IMG/VR virus record: IMGVR_UViG_3300023313_000001
Location: 62,001-126,000 of that record
DNA: 64,000 bases
Strand: one strand, 5' to 3'
The position numbers were made by a program, and so were the translations under genes. A model generated the notes under the pieces. The model did no database searches and was not told the DNA's origin. It saw nothing but the letters and a program-made list of their open reading frames with translations. This document shows positions 1-10,355 of the stretch, one piece after another. Position 1 is the stretch's first letter; the number at the start of each line of letters is the position of its first letter.

Positions 1-74
1 ACATACAGCATACTGGTTTACCCAAGCTATTGGCGACGATTTAATTACATTATTGACAACATAAGGACAATGAC

Positions 75-575
75 ATGAGATTGGCTATTATTTTATTTGT
101 ACTCAGTTTGACTGGGTGCACCTCAACAACAACACTACACACTGGAAGCATCGTAGTAAATACACCTACGCATCAACATCAAACTTCCATGGTGTATTGG
201 ACTACAACGGATAGACCTTTTTGGTTTGGAACAGAGTCTGGTACGATACGCTTACTAACTTCATGTAGTACCAATACTATCCAGTTTGATGAACAGCCAA
301 ATGGCATTATTTTTAGACGAAGACAGACAGACGTTCCAGTGGTGGGTGATATACCATTGAATGGAGTATGTGGAAGAATCGAAAACGCTGATACTATTCG
401 TGATGTTGATGATGAACTAGTATTGACACTATCCTGTCAAAACGAGTCAAATGCATTCACAGTAACCAATACAGAGTATCCTGTAGCATCAGTTAATTCA
501 TACGTTATCCCAATCACATCAATTGAACTGACAGATGATGATAAGTTACCTACACTAGAATGCAAGTCACAATAA
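75..575 (+). CDS. putative lipoprotein
   Basis: Short hydrophobic N-terminus ending in a lipobox-like LTGC; no other recognisable motif. Confidence 0.5.
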   Translation: MRLAIILFVLSLTGCTSTTTLHTGSIVVNTPTHQHQTSMVYWTTTDRPFWFGTESGTIRLLTSCSTNTIQFDEQPNGIIFRRRQTDVPVVGDIPLNGVCGRIENADTIRDVDDELVLTLSCQNESNAFTVTNTEYPVASVNSYVIPITSIELTDDDKLPTLECKSQ

Positions 576-576
576 T

Positions 577-1113
577 ATGATAAAAATATGTGTGGCAGTA
601 GATACTTCTGGTGGGTTTGCCAAAAACAATAACATCCCTTGGAATATTCCTGAAGATTTTTCTCACTTCATGAAGACTACAAAGGGGTCATATTGCATCA
701 CTGGTAGACAATCTTATCAAGAAATGGCCAAGATTAAGCAGGAAAGAATGGGAGATAAATATGATCCTAATGCCCCCATTCTGTCAAACAGGGACACATA
801 TGTTGTAACATCTACATTATCCAACTTAACAGATGCTACAGCAGTGACCTCTCTCTCCAGCACTATAGATCTCTTAGTAGCTAAACAGGACAAAGATATA
901 TTCATTTTGGGTGGGGAGCAGATGTTCGTAGAGGCATTTCCGGTAGTAGATGAGGTGATCATGACAGTAGTTGATGAGTTTTACGACTGTGATCGACTGT
1001 TTCCTCTACAATATCTCACCAAGTATTTCAAACTTGTTGAAGGGACACCATTAGACACAAAAGAACATGGCCAACTCAAGATATTGAAATACGTAAGGGT
1101 ACTCCGCGGATAA
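577..1113 (+). CDS. folA: dihydrofolate reductase
   Basis: N-terminal GGFAKNNNIPWNIPEDFSHF, ITGRQSY, IFILGGEQMF and CDRLFP match DHFR signatures. Confidence 0.9.
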   Translation: MIKICVAVDTSGGFAKNNNIPWNIPEDFSHFMKTTKGSYCITGRQSYQEMAKIKQERMGDKYDPNAPILSNRDTYVVTSTLSNLTDATAVTSLSSTIDLLVAKQDKDIFILGGEQMFVEAFPVVDEVIMTVVDEFYDCDRLFPLQYLTKYFKLVEGTPLDTKEHGQLKILKYVRVLRG

Positions 1114-1177
1114 CTCGTCCTGCTGTACCATTCCGACACTAAATACTACAATCGCCCATACTACACTTACTTTAGGA

Positions 1178-1942
1178 GTGAGACTGATGAGTTCTATTGT
1201 ACGAAATGAAGTTGAAGAAGATGAAACAGAATCTGCTTTTCAGATTACAGAAGCTGTAAATACCCAACGCATCATAAACATATATCTCAATGATACGTTA
1301 GATTCTCCACATATGTATGTAGCCGTATTGGACAAGTTTCGAACTGCATCCCCACAAGACTTGTTCTACGTATATTTGAACACACCAGGGGGATATGTTG
1401 ATACTGGTGTACAACTTATAAATGCTATGAAAGATACTAAGGCTAGAGTAATAACAGTACTTGATGGTACTGTATGTTCCATGGGCGCATTATTGTTCTT
1501 AGCTGCGGATGAATTCATTGTACATGATAATTGTAGACTGATGTTTCATAATTACAGTGGGGGGACATATGGTAAAGGTCATGAGCAAATTGCTCAGCTA
1601 GCATCATCTGTTGAATGGTATACTACCATGGTTACAGAAATATGCTTTCCATTCCTAGATGAGGACGAAATCGATAGTGTGATCTCTGGACAGGATTTAT
1701 GGTTATCCAGTGATGAAGTCAGAGAGCGGTTGGAAGTTGTAGTAGCATATGCAGAAGAAGTTCAACGGCTGTTGGATGAAGATACTGAAAAAGAGCAACA
1801 AAATGCTCGTAAAAAAGAACTATTAACTGAATTGAAAAAGATCGAAGCAAAGGAACTCCGTGCGGAGAAAAAACGACTGAAACAAGAAGAGAAGGAACGA
1901 GAGCGAGAACAAAAGAAAGCAAAAACGGAAGAGCCAAACTAA
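1178..1942 (+). CDS. clpP: ClpP-family serine protease with charged C-terminal coiled tail (start may be ATG 1187)
   Basis: YLNTPGGYV, CSMG (catalytic Ser) and MFHN (catalytic His) motifs of the ClpP/crotonase fold. Confidence 0.85.
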   Translation: MRLMSSIVRNEVEEDETESAFQITEAVNTQRIINIYLNDTLDSPHMYVAVLDKFRTASPQDLFYVYLNTPGGYVDTGVQLINAMKDTKARVITVLDGTVCSMGALLFLAADEFIVHDNCRLMFHNYSGGTYGKGHEQIAQLASSVEWYTTMVTEICFPFLDEDEIDSVISGQDLWLSSDEVRERLEVVVAYAEEVQRLLDEDTEKEQQNARKKELLTELKKIEAKELRAEKKRLKQEEKEREREQKKAKTEEPN

Positions 1943-2010
1943 TATAATTGGCATCCAACTTTTACTTAGTAACCATTTTATTAAAAGTTAAACAGTAGTA
2001 TACTGATCTC

Positions 2011-3036
2011 ATGGATGATATATCACTAGAACATGCAATCAGACAACACGTACATTTTCCAACTAGATCGAGTCTTAAAGGTTGGAATGTATGTAAGTGT
2101 GCAGTGTGCAGTGATTATAAAAAACGTGGTGGGTTCAGGTTTGATGGAGATGTATCATCATATCATTGCTTTAACTGTAACCATGTAGCTAAACACGACC
2201 CTCACGAATACGCATCCATATCTTCTAATATGCAACAAGTATTAGATAGTTTTGGTGTCCCAGATGATGAGTACAAACAGATAGTATTCAACGCATTGAA
2301 ATTACGTAACTCTGGGTACAAACACGAGTCCCAGGCAGTAGATCCAGATACTAAATTAGTGAAGGTTCCTCTACCTGAGCCATTCATTCCCCTAGAGCAT
2401 GCAACAGATACTTGGGCTACAATAGCTCGTGAATATCTCAAATACGATAGAGGAGTAGACCCATCGACGTACCCATTCTACCTATTAGAAGAACCAGAAC
2501 AGGATAAATTTTTTGAGCGAAAATGGCGAGGACGGTTGATCATTCCATACTATAGAAATAAACAGGTGGTATGGTATCAAGGGAGAGACTTACGACCAAA
2601 TTCTAATATGAGATATTTGAACGCTGAAACTGAAAGCGATTGTATACTTAGTGAATATGATAACTTGTTTGACCACTCAGACGACCCATTGTATATAGTA
2701 GAAGGGTTCTTCGATGCTATAGCTATCGGTGGAGTTGCTATATTCGGTAACTCGTTGAAATCTGGCCAAATTAAAATATTAAATAAATCATCCAGACAAA
2801 AAGTATACATACCTGATATCAGAGGTGATGGGTATATTGGAGCATTACAATCACTTCGACATAATTGGGATGTGAGTGTCCCAGACATAGGATCATCCAA
2901 AGATATTAGTGAGGCAGTTGGTAAGTATGGAAAATTGTATGTGATGAAGTCTATAAAACAATATACCATGTCGGGTTATCATGCTGAAATCCGTGTCAGA
3001 GCGCTATGCAAACCAGATAATAGAAGGAATCGATAA
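2011..3036 (+). CDS. DNA primase (T4 gp61-like)
   Basis: N-terminal Zn finger (CAVC...YHCFNC), RLIIPY...YQGR, TOPRIM IVEGFFDA and PD...DG motifs. Confidence 0.85.
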   Translation: MDDISLEHAIRQHVHFPTRSSLKGWNVCKCAVCSDYKKRGGFRFDGDVSSYHCFNCNHVAKHDPHEYASISSNMQQVLDSFGVPDDEYKQIVFNALKLRNSGYKHESQAVDPDTKLVKVPLPEPFIPLEHATDTWATIAREYLKYDRGVDPSTYPFYLLEEPEQDKFFERKWRGRLIIPYYRNKQVVWYQGRDLRPNSNMRYLNAETESDCILSEYDNLFDHSDDPLYIVEGFFDAIAIGGVAIFGNSLKSGQIKILNKSSRQKVYIPDIRGDGYIGALQSLRHNWDVSVPDIGSSKDISEAVGKYGKLYVMKSIKQYTMSGYHAEIRVRALCKPDNRRNR

Positions 3037-3482
3037 TGACTAAAACTGTTGAAATAAAAGTGACTCAAGTCGCAAATACCCAGATGAATGTGTGGTACTC
3101 TCGAAGTATGTTGGTGAAGTTAATGCATGAATTAACTAAACGTGACTACTACGGTGGGTTTTGGGATAACTTTGTATCTTCACGAGCACCAGATGAAGTT
3201 AATGTTCCACTAAGTGCAGTGAGCCATGTTATTAAGTCACTATTTTTCAAAAGTACGTCAGACCAATGGTTGTATGCTGAAGTTACACTCAATGATACTC
3301 CTGCTGGGAAATTGGCTCAAGGTTTAGTCAATAGTGGACACAAATTACGGGGAAGATTGGCCGCAATAGGAACAACATCTACTGCAAGAGAAGTTATAGG
3401 TATTACTGCATTTACAATCCATATTGATACAGATAATACTAGTAAGTCCAACACATTAAATGCACCCTTAGATTCTATTTAA
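3036..3482 (+). CDS. degenerate homolog of T4 gp21-type prohead protease (catalytic residues apparently lost)
   Basis: VSHVIKSL and LNDTPAGKLAQGLV..G resemble the gp21 family; GELxHP and VSSRG catalytic motifs are absent. Confidence 0.5.
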   Translation: MTKTVEIKVTQVANTQMNVWYSRSMLVKLMHELTKRDYYGGFWDNFVSSRAPDEVNVPLSAVSHVIKSLFFKSTSDQWLYAEVTLNDTPAGKLAQGLVNSGHKLRGRLAAIGTTSTAREVIGITAFTIHIDTDNTSKSNTLNAPLDSI

Positions 3483-3492
3483 GGATGATTAC

Positions 3493-5301
3493 ATGGCTAC
3501 TAAATTAACTGAAGAATTTGTATCTGAATATATTGCCAGTCATCAAAACGAACTAATATCATCATACGTTAATTCGATAACACCTATTACCATTAGATGT
3601 AAATGTGGGCAAATATATTGTCGTGCGTTTGAAAGATTTAAACACAACAAAGTTAAAAGTTGTGGAAATTGTAACAGTAGCACCAGACATAGTCGCACTC
3701 ATTCATACCAACATGTTCAACAGTACGTGTCCGATCAAGGATGTCGTTTATTGTCAACATCTTATCAATCACAACATGACGTACTGACGATTCAGTGCGG
3801 ATGTGGACAACGATTTGATAGAACATTTCAACATTTTAAGCAATTAAAACGTAACGTGTGCAGTGTATGCAGCGGCAAATCAGTAAAATGGACAACGGCT
3901 AGTGTCAATGCATATTTGTCGTCTCTCAACAGTGAACTAGTGACTGATAAATTTACTGGAGTAGCTCACATTCATCAATTCAAATGTAACACGTGCTCCG
4001 AACCATTCAGCACAAGGTTTGACGATCTCAAACGAAGTCGTCATCCTGGTTCTTGTCAGTCATGCACTTATGATCAAAACAAGAACATTAGATTAAATCC
4101 TCAACTGGTTAGCGATTATATATCTCAACGTGGATGTGTTTTACTATCGACTTATAACAACATATCAACCCAGCTACAAATACGTTGTAGATGTAACCGC
4201 GTATATAAACAATCATTTGGAGTGTTTCGAAGTAGACCTCACCCAGAATGTCCTAGATGTTCCGTCATCCGAACACATAATTTATCTCACGGCCAATTAG
4301 ATAAATTGAGCGATTCTGCCTACCTATCAAATGCAAATGAGACCAAAACACTACATGAAATTGCAGGGGATATTGGGGTCAGCTTGCAAACTGTATGCAA
4401 TTATTTTCACAAATTAAAGATACCTATAACACGACATAACCAGTCTAGGGGTGAACGTGAGTTGGCTCTTAAACTTACTGATATGGAGTTGAATGTGGAG
4501 TTGGGACAGAGGAATATTATTCCCCCATACGAACTTGATTTATACTTGCCTGACCATAAATTAGCGATAGAGTATTGTGGATTATATTGGCATAGTGATC
4601 AAGTCCAACACGACATACAATATCATAAACGTAAACACGATATGTGTAAAGAGATGAACATTCAGTTATTTACATTATTTGAAGATGAATGGGAACACAA
4701 TTCACAGGCAGTTATTAAAAAGATTACTAATGCTGTTGGGTTAGATGTGAAATCCTTGTATGCTCGAAATACTGTGATATCTGAAATATCTTCTAAAACA
4801 GCTGCTACGTTTTTAGACAAATATCATATACAACGGTCTGGATCTGGATCTATCAGGTACGGGCTATATCACGGAAGAGAATTAGTTGCTGTTATGCTGT
4901 TTAGTAAGCTGAATAAAATGACAGGGTCATATACGTTAACCAGGTATGCGTCATCCCAACGAGTGGTCGGTGGTTTCAGTAAACTATTGAAGAAGTTTGA
5001 GCGTAGTCACGCTTGGACTAATATTGTATCATTTGCTGACCAACGTTGGAGTAATGGAAAGCTATATTTCAGTTGTGGTTTTGAGCTGGATAAAATTATT
5101 CCACCAGATTACTACTATGTTAAAGGATTGACTCGTTACCATAAATTCAATTTCAGACACAGTAAGATAGCACATCGATTTACCAACTATGACTCAATGT
5201 TGAGTGAATCACAGAACTGTAAGATGAATGGCTATTCCAAGTTATGGGATTGTGGGAAAATGAAGTTTGTAAGAACTAATAGGAATATACATGACAAATA
5301 A
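3493..5301 (+). CDS. free-standing homing endonuclease-like protein, family B (Zn-ribbon repeats + HTH + Vsr/DUF559-like nuclease + GNAT-like domain)
   Basis: Four CxC...CxxC modules, HTH (TLHEIAGDIGVSLQTV), ELDLYLPDHKLAIEYCGLYWHS; overlaps topoisomerase start. Confidence 0.75.
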   Translation: MATKLTEEFVSEYIASHQNELISSYVNSITPITIRCKCGQIYCRAFERFKHNKVKSCGNCNSSTRHSRTHSYQHVQQYVSDQGCRLLSTSYQSQHDVLTIQCGCGQRFDRTFQHFKQLKRNVCSVCSGKSVKWTTASVNAYLSSLNSELVTDKFTGVAHIHQFKCNTCSEPFSTRFDDLKRSRHPGSCQSCTYDQNKNIRLNPQLVSDYISQRGCVLLSTYNNISTQLQIRCRCNRVYKQSFGVFRSRPHPECPRCSVIRTHNLSHGQLDKLSDSAYLSNANETKTLHEIAGDIGVSLQTVCNYFHKLKIPITRHNQSRGERELALKLTDMELNVELGQRNIIPPYELDLYLPDHKLAIEYCGLYWHSDQVQHDIQYHKRKHDMCKEMNIQLFTLFEDEWEHNSQAVIKKITNAVGLDVKSLYARNTVISEISSKTAATFLDKYHIQRSGSGSIRYGLYHGRELVAVMLFSKLNKMTGSYTLTRYASSQRVVGGFSKLLKKFERSHAWTNIVSFADQRWSNGKLYFSCGFELDKIIPPDYYYVKGLTRYHKFNFRHSKIAHRFTNYDSMLSESQNCKMNGYSKLWDCGKMKFVRTNRNIHDK

Positions 5302-7156
5302 GTATACGAGCAGTGATATTGCAGTGTTATCTGACATCGAGCACGTCAGAACTAGGACACAGATATACCTAGGGAATATGAATAATACAGAATACACAAT
5401 GCCGTCGTTTTTAAATGGATTATTTAGTACGAACTCGTTTTCATTCGTACCTGCTGTGTTCAAATCCGTTGGTGAAATTCTAGATAATAGCATCGATGAA
5501 CTGTCCCAATTAAGCAAACGGACTAAGACGATACAAATTATAGCCAACCCTGACATTGGTGAATACACTATCAGAGACAATGGTCGTGGTATTCCTATTA
5601 GCAAACATGAGACTGGAAAATACACTCCGGAAATTGCATTAGGATCGTTGCGAGCTGGACGAAACTTTGGAGAAACTGCAGCTGGGGTAATTGGTCAAAA
5701 TGGTGTTGGGTCAGCATGCACCAACTATTGTAGCACAAAGTTCGACATTAAAATTAATCGTGAAAAGAAAGTGTATACTCAATCATTTTCAAATGGGTCA
5801 GATACAATTAGTAAACCTAAAATAGTTTCCGGTCCGGCTAAAACAGGCACTGAAGTCTCCTTTAAATTAGATCCAACCGTATTTAAAAATGGTACATCGT
5901 TGCCAGCTGACATGGTACATAACAGGGCTATAGAAATAGCATTCAACAATCCTGGAGTTACAGTAAGATATAATGAATTTATATACAAGTTCAACAATGG
6001 ACTGGAAGACCTTATACGAAAATTCTCCAACAAGTACTATAAGTTTGAGACAGATGGGATGGAATTCTATGTAGTGTTCGATAATCACGAAGGGGTCGAT
6101 GAACAAATATTTACTTGGGTAAATAGTTCATTATTATTTGACGGTGGGTTGTGTAACACTCAGTTTCTGAATGCTTTTTGTGATAAGACAGCTGCAACAT
6201 TGGCCGGAGCTGCAAAGAAAGAGAGGTGCACTGTGACTAAAAATGATGTCCGACAGAACCTACTAGTATTTGGATGCCTTAAAATTTCGAAACCGGAATA
6301 TGATGCTCAGTCTAAGACTAGGTTAACTGGTCCTAATTTACGTAAAGAGATTAATGAATTGTTGGATTGTCAATGGAAGACATTCCACAGGAATAATAAA
6401 GACTGGTTTGAAAAAGTGTTAACGCAGGCAGCAGAACGACATCATGCAAATGCTACTAAAAAAGTTATTAAAGAAATGACTAAGCCATCCAAGGCTAAGG
6501 TTGTAGGTTTAACTGATGCAACTGGAAAACAGCGGGATGTATGTAGTTTGATTGTAACTGAAGGGTTATCTGCATCCAGCATGATTACAGAGGTTAGGGA
6601 TCCTCTTACTATAGGATCCTTTCCCTTGACAGGAAAGATAAATAACGTCTTTGGTTGTTCGCCTGGAGAAATATTGAAAATGCCAAAGCTAACCAATTTA
6701 TTAAAGGCCATTGGACTAGTTCCAGGACAGGAAGCACATGTTGCCAGATTGAGGTTTGGAAAACTATACATAGCCACAGATGCAGACCCAGACGGAGATG
6801 ATATTATGACCCTTATAGTATGTTTACTATTCACATTCTGGCCAGAATTGTTCGACCAAACTAAAAAACCTTTTGTGTATAGGTTGGTTGCACCAAACGT
6901 TGTTGCTAGTAAGGGTGATAAAAGAATACATTTTGCCAACAGAGCAACATATGAAGCTAAAAAGAGTCGGTATAAGACCTGGACTATAGAATACTTCAAA
7001 GGTTTAGGATCGATGTGGGAGCAAGACTGGAAAATGATTTTAGACGACGGAAGTGATACACTCATCCCTATTATAGATACTGGGACGATGGCTGATACAC
7101 TTAATTTATTATTTAATGATAAATTAGCAGATGAGCGCAAGACGTGGTTAAATTAA
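5291..7156 (+). CDS. DNA topoisomerase II large subunit (T4 gp39+gp60 fused, GyrB/ParE-like)
   Basis: GHKL ATPase motifs EILDNSIDE, DNGRGIP, GQNGVG; TOPRIM TEGLSA, PLTGK, ATDADPDG, YFKGLG. Confidence 0.95.
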   Translation: MTNKYTSSDIAVLSDIEHVRTRTQIYLGNMNNTEYTMPSFLNGLFSTNSFSFVPAVFKSVGEILDNSIDELSQLSKRTKTIQIIANPDIGEYTIRDNGRGIPISKHETGKYTPEIALGSLRAGRNFGETAAGVIGQNGVGSACTNYCSTKFDIKINREKKVYTQSFSNGSDTISKPKIVSGPAKTGTEVSFKLDPTVFKNGTSLPADMVHNRAIEIAFNNPGVTVRYNEFIYKFNNGLEDLIRKFSNKYYKFETDGMEFYVVFDNHEGVDEQIFTWVNSSLLFDGGLCNTQFLNAFCDKTAATLAGAAKKERCTVTKNDVRQNLLVFGCLKISKPEYDAQSKTRLTGPNLRKEINELLDCQWKTFHRNNKDWFEKVLTQAAERHHANATKKVIKEMTKPSKAKVVGLTDATGKQRDVCSLIVTEGLSASSMITEVRDPLTIGSFPLTGKINNVFGCSPGEILKMPKLTNLLKAIGLVPGQEAHVARLRFGKLYIATDADPDGDDIMTLIVCLLFTFWPELFDQTKKPFVYRLVAPNVVASKGDKRIHFANRATYEAKKSRYKTWTIEYFKGLGSMWEQDWKMILDDGSDTLIPIIDTGTMADTLNLLFNDKLADERKTWLN

Positions 7157-8271
7157 CAGCGTTTATTGCTAAGGCACAACAGGTTCATGATAGGGTATAT
7201 ACATATCACAATTCGATATATGTCAATACTCACACAAAATTGCTAGTTACGTGCAATGAACATGGTGATTTTTTAGTAACTCCAAACAATCATATTTCCA
7301 AACTCAGTGGATGTAAACAGTGTAGTATATCTAGGCGTGCAACTAAGCGTTCGCTAACTACAGCACAATGGGTGGAACGAGCAAATACTGTTCATGCTGG
7401 GTTTTACGATTACGGTTTAGTGGATTACGTAAACATTCACAGTAAAGTTACTATTGTGTGTCCAGATCATGGAATATTTACACAACAACCCATTAATCAT
7501 ACTAAGCAACAACAAGGGTGTCCGACGTGTTATCGCGAAACACCAAAAAATATGTTTGAGAGCAAAGCAAATATGGTGCATAAAAACAAGTATTGCTATT
7601 CATTGTCTAACTATATTCACTCAAACACTCCAATAACAATAATTTGTAACAAACATGGTCAATTTTCTCAGACACCCAATAACCATTTATTAGGACATGG
7701 ATGTTCAAAATGTTCAAATACATACACTCCACCAGTAGGAGTGTTTTTTGATATTTGTAACCAGGTTCACCAACATGGGTTTGATTACGACGAATCATCG
7801 TATATCAACCTTAAATCGAAACTACGTATTACGTGTAGTGACCATGGTGAGTTTATCCAATCAGCTAGTACACATATGCATGGCGGCATTTGTCCCAAGT
7901 GTATGTATAAAATGAATTTAGGATACTCTAATATATTCTTTGCCAAGTATCCATATAAAAAAGTGCAACCATGTATAGTATATTTAGTTCGATTAACAAG
8001 CGGGCATGAAGAATTTTATAAGATAGGGATAACAGTAAGAGATGTGGTTCGACGATTTAGAGTGCAAAATAAATACACAGTGGAACAACTATGTACGATA
8101 CCAACCACGTTGTACTGGGCTGTAGTATTAGAACAAGATTTATTAGATTTGGTGATGATAGATTCCCAAAAATATATTCCCAGACAACAGCTATCTGGCA
8201 AACATGAATGTTTTGTTACCTCTAACATTCAACCATACATAGATGCGTTTGCACATATTGCAGCACAGTAG
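7144..8271 (+). CDS. free-standing homing endonuclease-like protein, family A (4 Zn-binding repeats + GIY-YIG-like nuclease)
   Basis: Four repeats ICxxHG.F.Q....H....GCxxC; C-terminal VYLVRL...FYKIGIT...HEC. Confidence 0.75.
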   Translation: MVKLTAFIAKAQQVHDRVYTYHNSIYVNTHTKLLVTCNEHGDFLVTPNNHISKLSGCKQCSISRRATKRSLTTAQWVERANTVHAGFYDYGLVDYVNIHSKVTIVCPDHGIFTQQPINHTKQQQGCPTCYRETPKNMFESKANMVHKNKYCYSLSNYIHSNTPITIICNKHGQFSQTPNNHLLGHGCSKCSNTYTPPVGVFFDICNQVHQHGFDYDESSYINLKSKLRITCSDHGEFIQSASTHMHGGICPKCMYKMNLGYSNIFFAKYPYKKVQPCIVYLVRLTSGHEEFYKIGITVRDVVRRFRVQNKYTVEQLCTIPTTLYWAVVLEQDLLDLVMIDSQKYIPRQQLSGKHECFVTSNIQPYIDAFAHIAAQ

Positions 8272-8287
8272 TTGAGGTAATAAACTG

Positions 8288-8767
8288 ATGATTACAGAGA
8301 TTATGAAAACAACCAACAAAACTCCTAAAGGTACATATGCGTCTGTTAAGTATGACGAACACTCTACAGAACAGTTGTATCAATTTTGTAAAGATAATAA
8401 CATTCCGAAACCACTAAGGCGGGATAAGTACCATTCTACTTTAATATACAGTAGCAACCATCTGCCTGAGTTTAAGGCACAGTCTAAGGTACGTTGGTAC
8501 GCCAACCCTATTGGGTTTGAAACGTGGGCATCTACATCCAACAGTGATAAAGTGACACAATGTTTAGTTATGCGTATTGAATGCAAAGAATTGACAGATA
8601 GATTCAACTATATTATGGATAACTATGACGCAATATATGATTTCGATGAATATAAACCACACATAACGCTATCGTACGATGTTGGAGATGATTTCGAAAT
8701 AGATGATTTAAAGTATACTGGAGATCCGCTGGTTATCACATCAGAACACACAGAAGACTTAATATAA
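8288..8767 (+). CDS. acb1: 2H phosphodiesterase, Acb1 (T4 57B)-like anti-CBASS nuclease
   Basis: Two HxT motifs (YHSTLIYS, YKPHITLSYD), about 160 aa, N-terminal GTYASVKY, as in T4 57B/Acb1. Confidence 0.8.
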   Translation: MITEIMKTTNKTPKGTYASVKYDEHSTEQLYQFCKDNNIPKPLRRDKYHSTLIYSSNHLPEFKAQSKVRWYANPIGFETWASTSNSDKVTQCLVMRIECKELTDRFNYIMDNYDAIYDFDEYKPHITLSYDVGDDFEIDDLKYTGDPLVITSEHTEDLI

Positions 8768-8777
8768 GGCAAATGTA

Positions 8778-10097
8778 ATGAAATCAGTTGGGGCAGAATA
8801 CATTAAATCTAAACGACGTGATTTTGCGTTGTATATTTTGAGCAATAGATCAATACCAGCAATATCAGATGGGTTAAAGCCTGCAGCTAGACGGGTGTTG
8901 TGGACAGCTCGAGATGGAAAAAAAATAAAGAGTGCAACACTAGCTGGTGCAACAATGCCGATCCACCCTCATGCATCCCCAGAAGGTATAATCAATACCA
9001 TCGCAGGACCATACGGAAATAATATCCCACTACTGACTGGTATTGGAGCATTTGGTACACTATTGGCACCTGATGCGTATGGAGCAAGTAGATACACTAG
9101 TGTGAAAATTTCTGAGTTTACCAAGGATGTAATTTTTCGAGATATTGAAATAATCCCAATGAAAGAGAATTATGACTCCACATTAATGGAACCTTGTCAT
9201 TTCTTACCTTTGGTCCCCATATCGTTGATTAATCCTAGTGAGGGAATAGCTATCGGATACTCCACTACAATACTTCCACGCAAATTGGAAGATGTTGTAA
9301 TGGCCCAGTTAACCCACCTAGGTGGAGGTGAGATAACCTCGTTGACACCAACGTTTGTTCCAACGAACAATGTGGCAGAGAAGGTAGACGACAAGTGGAT
9401 GTTTAACGGATCTGTGGAACGAATAAATTCAACCAATGTGAAGATTACAAAAATACCGTTTGGAAGTACCCACGCCAAAATTGTCGGGAATGAAAAAAGT
9501 AAGTTAAACAAACTGCTAGAGAATGGAACCATCCTAGATTATGAGGACCATTCCAGTAAACAGATTGATATCAGAGTAAAATTCAAACGTGGAGCGTTGG
9601 CGAAGATAAACGATAATAAGTTAATTAGCATGTTTGGATTGGCTGTTAACGCGATAGAGCATATGAATTTAATCAACTTTGACGGAACGTCCATATTAAC
9701 CACGAGTGATGTAGAAGTGATTAGGTCGTTTACAGACTGGAGACTTAAATGGTATGTACCACGGTATGAACGATTAAACGACATGCTATCTATTGATATT
9801 CAACGATATAAAGACGTGATCACTGCTATTGAGAATAATGCAGGCCAGGTGGCATCCACACTAAAAGACAAGAAGAAATTGCAGGAATGGCTATCTAGTT
9901 TAGGTATAGTATACGATGACTACATTGCGTCATTGCCGTCCTACCGGTACACCATCGACGAACGAAACAAAACCGAAACCTTGCTGGGTAAAGCTCTGCG
10001 ACAGCAGCTCATATATGAAGGAATTCTCAGTTCAGAAATCAAACGTAAAAACATATATAAAAATGAACTTAAAGAACTTTTAACCAGATTTAAATAA
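8778..10097 (+). CDS. DNA topoisomerase II medium subunit (T4 gp52, GyrA/ParC-like)
   Basis: RSIPAISDGLKPAARR, HPH, catalytic GASRYT, INPSEGIAIGYST. Confidence 0.95.
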   Translation: MKSVGAEYIKSKRRDFALYILSNRSIPAISDGLKPAARRVLWTARDGKKIKSATLAGATMPIHPHASPEGIINTIAGPYGNNIPLLTGIGAFGTLLAPDAYGASRYTSVKISEFTKDVIFRDIEIIPMKENYDSTLMEPCHFLPLVPISLINPSEGIAIGYSTTILPRKLEDVVMAQLTHLGGGEITSLTPTFVPTNNVAEKVDDKWMFNGSVERINSTNVKITKIPFGSTHAKIVGNEKSKLNKLLENGTILDYEDHSSKQIDIRVKFKRGALAKINDNKLISMFGLAVNAIEHMNLINFDGTSILTTSDVEVIRSFTDWRLKWYVPRYERLNDMLSIDIQRYKDVITAIENNAGQVASTLKDKKKLQEWLSSLGIVYDDYIASLPSYRYTIDERNKTETLLGKALRQQLIYEGILSSEIKRKNIYKNELKELLTRFK

Positions 10098-10107
10098 AGG
10101 AGATACC

Positions 10108-10308
10108 ATGAAAAATTATAGTGACAATGCAATAGATAGATCAGATGTCTTAGATTTCATAGTGAAATCAGTAGATGACTCGTCTGTACAACGGGATGAA
10201 CAACATGAGCATTTATGTACAAAAGTATCACTATTAGTGAAAGCTGTGACTGTTATCACTGTGTGTAATGCCTTGGCCATTGCCTGGATAATAACTGCAT
10301 TGACGTAG
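10108..10308 (+). CDS. small protein with C-terminal transmembrane segment
   Basis: AGGAG RBS; hydrophobic C-terminal helix. Confidence 0.55.
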   Translation: MKNYSDNAIDRSDVLDFIVKSVDDSSVQRDEQHEHLCTKVSLLVKAVTVITVCNALAIAWIITALT

Positions 10309-10326
10309 AAAGGTGGACCATATTAG

Positions 10327-10355
10327 TTGCAATTTACACCTGGACAGGGTATAAT
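10327..10355 (+). promoter_or_regulatory. sigma70-type early promoter
   Basis: TTGCAA-17 nt-TATAAT upstream of ORF 10394. Confidence 0.75.

Noticed and set aside
5291-10097. Bacterial gyrase / host chromosomal origin
   Set aside because: The GyrA-like subunit lacks the C-terminal pinwheel and is T4 gp52-sized; the context is entirely phage-like
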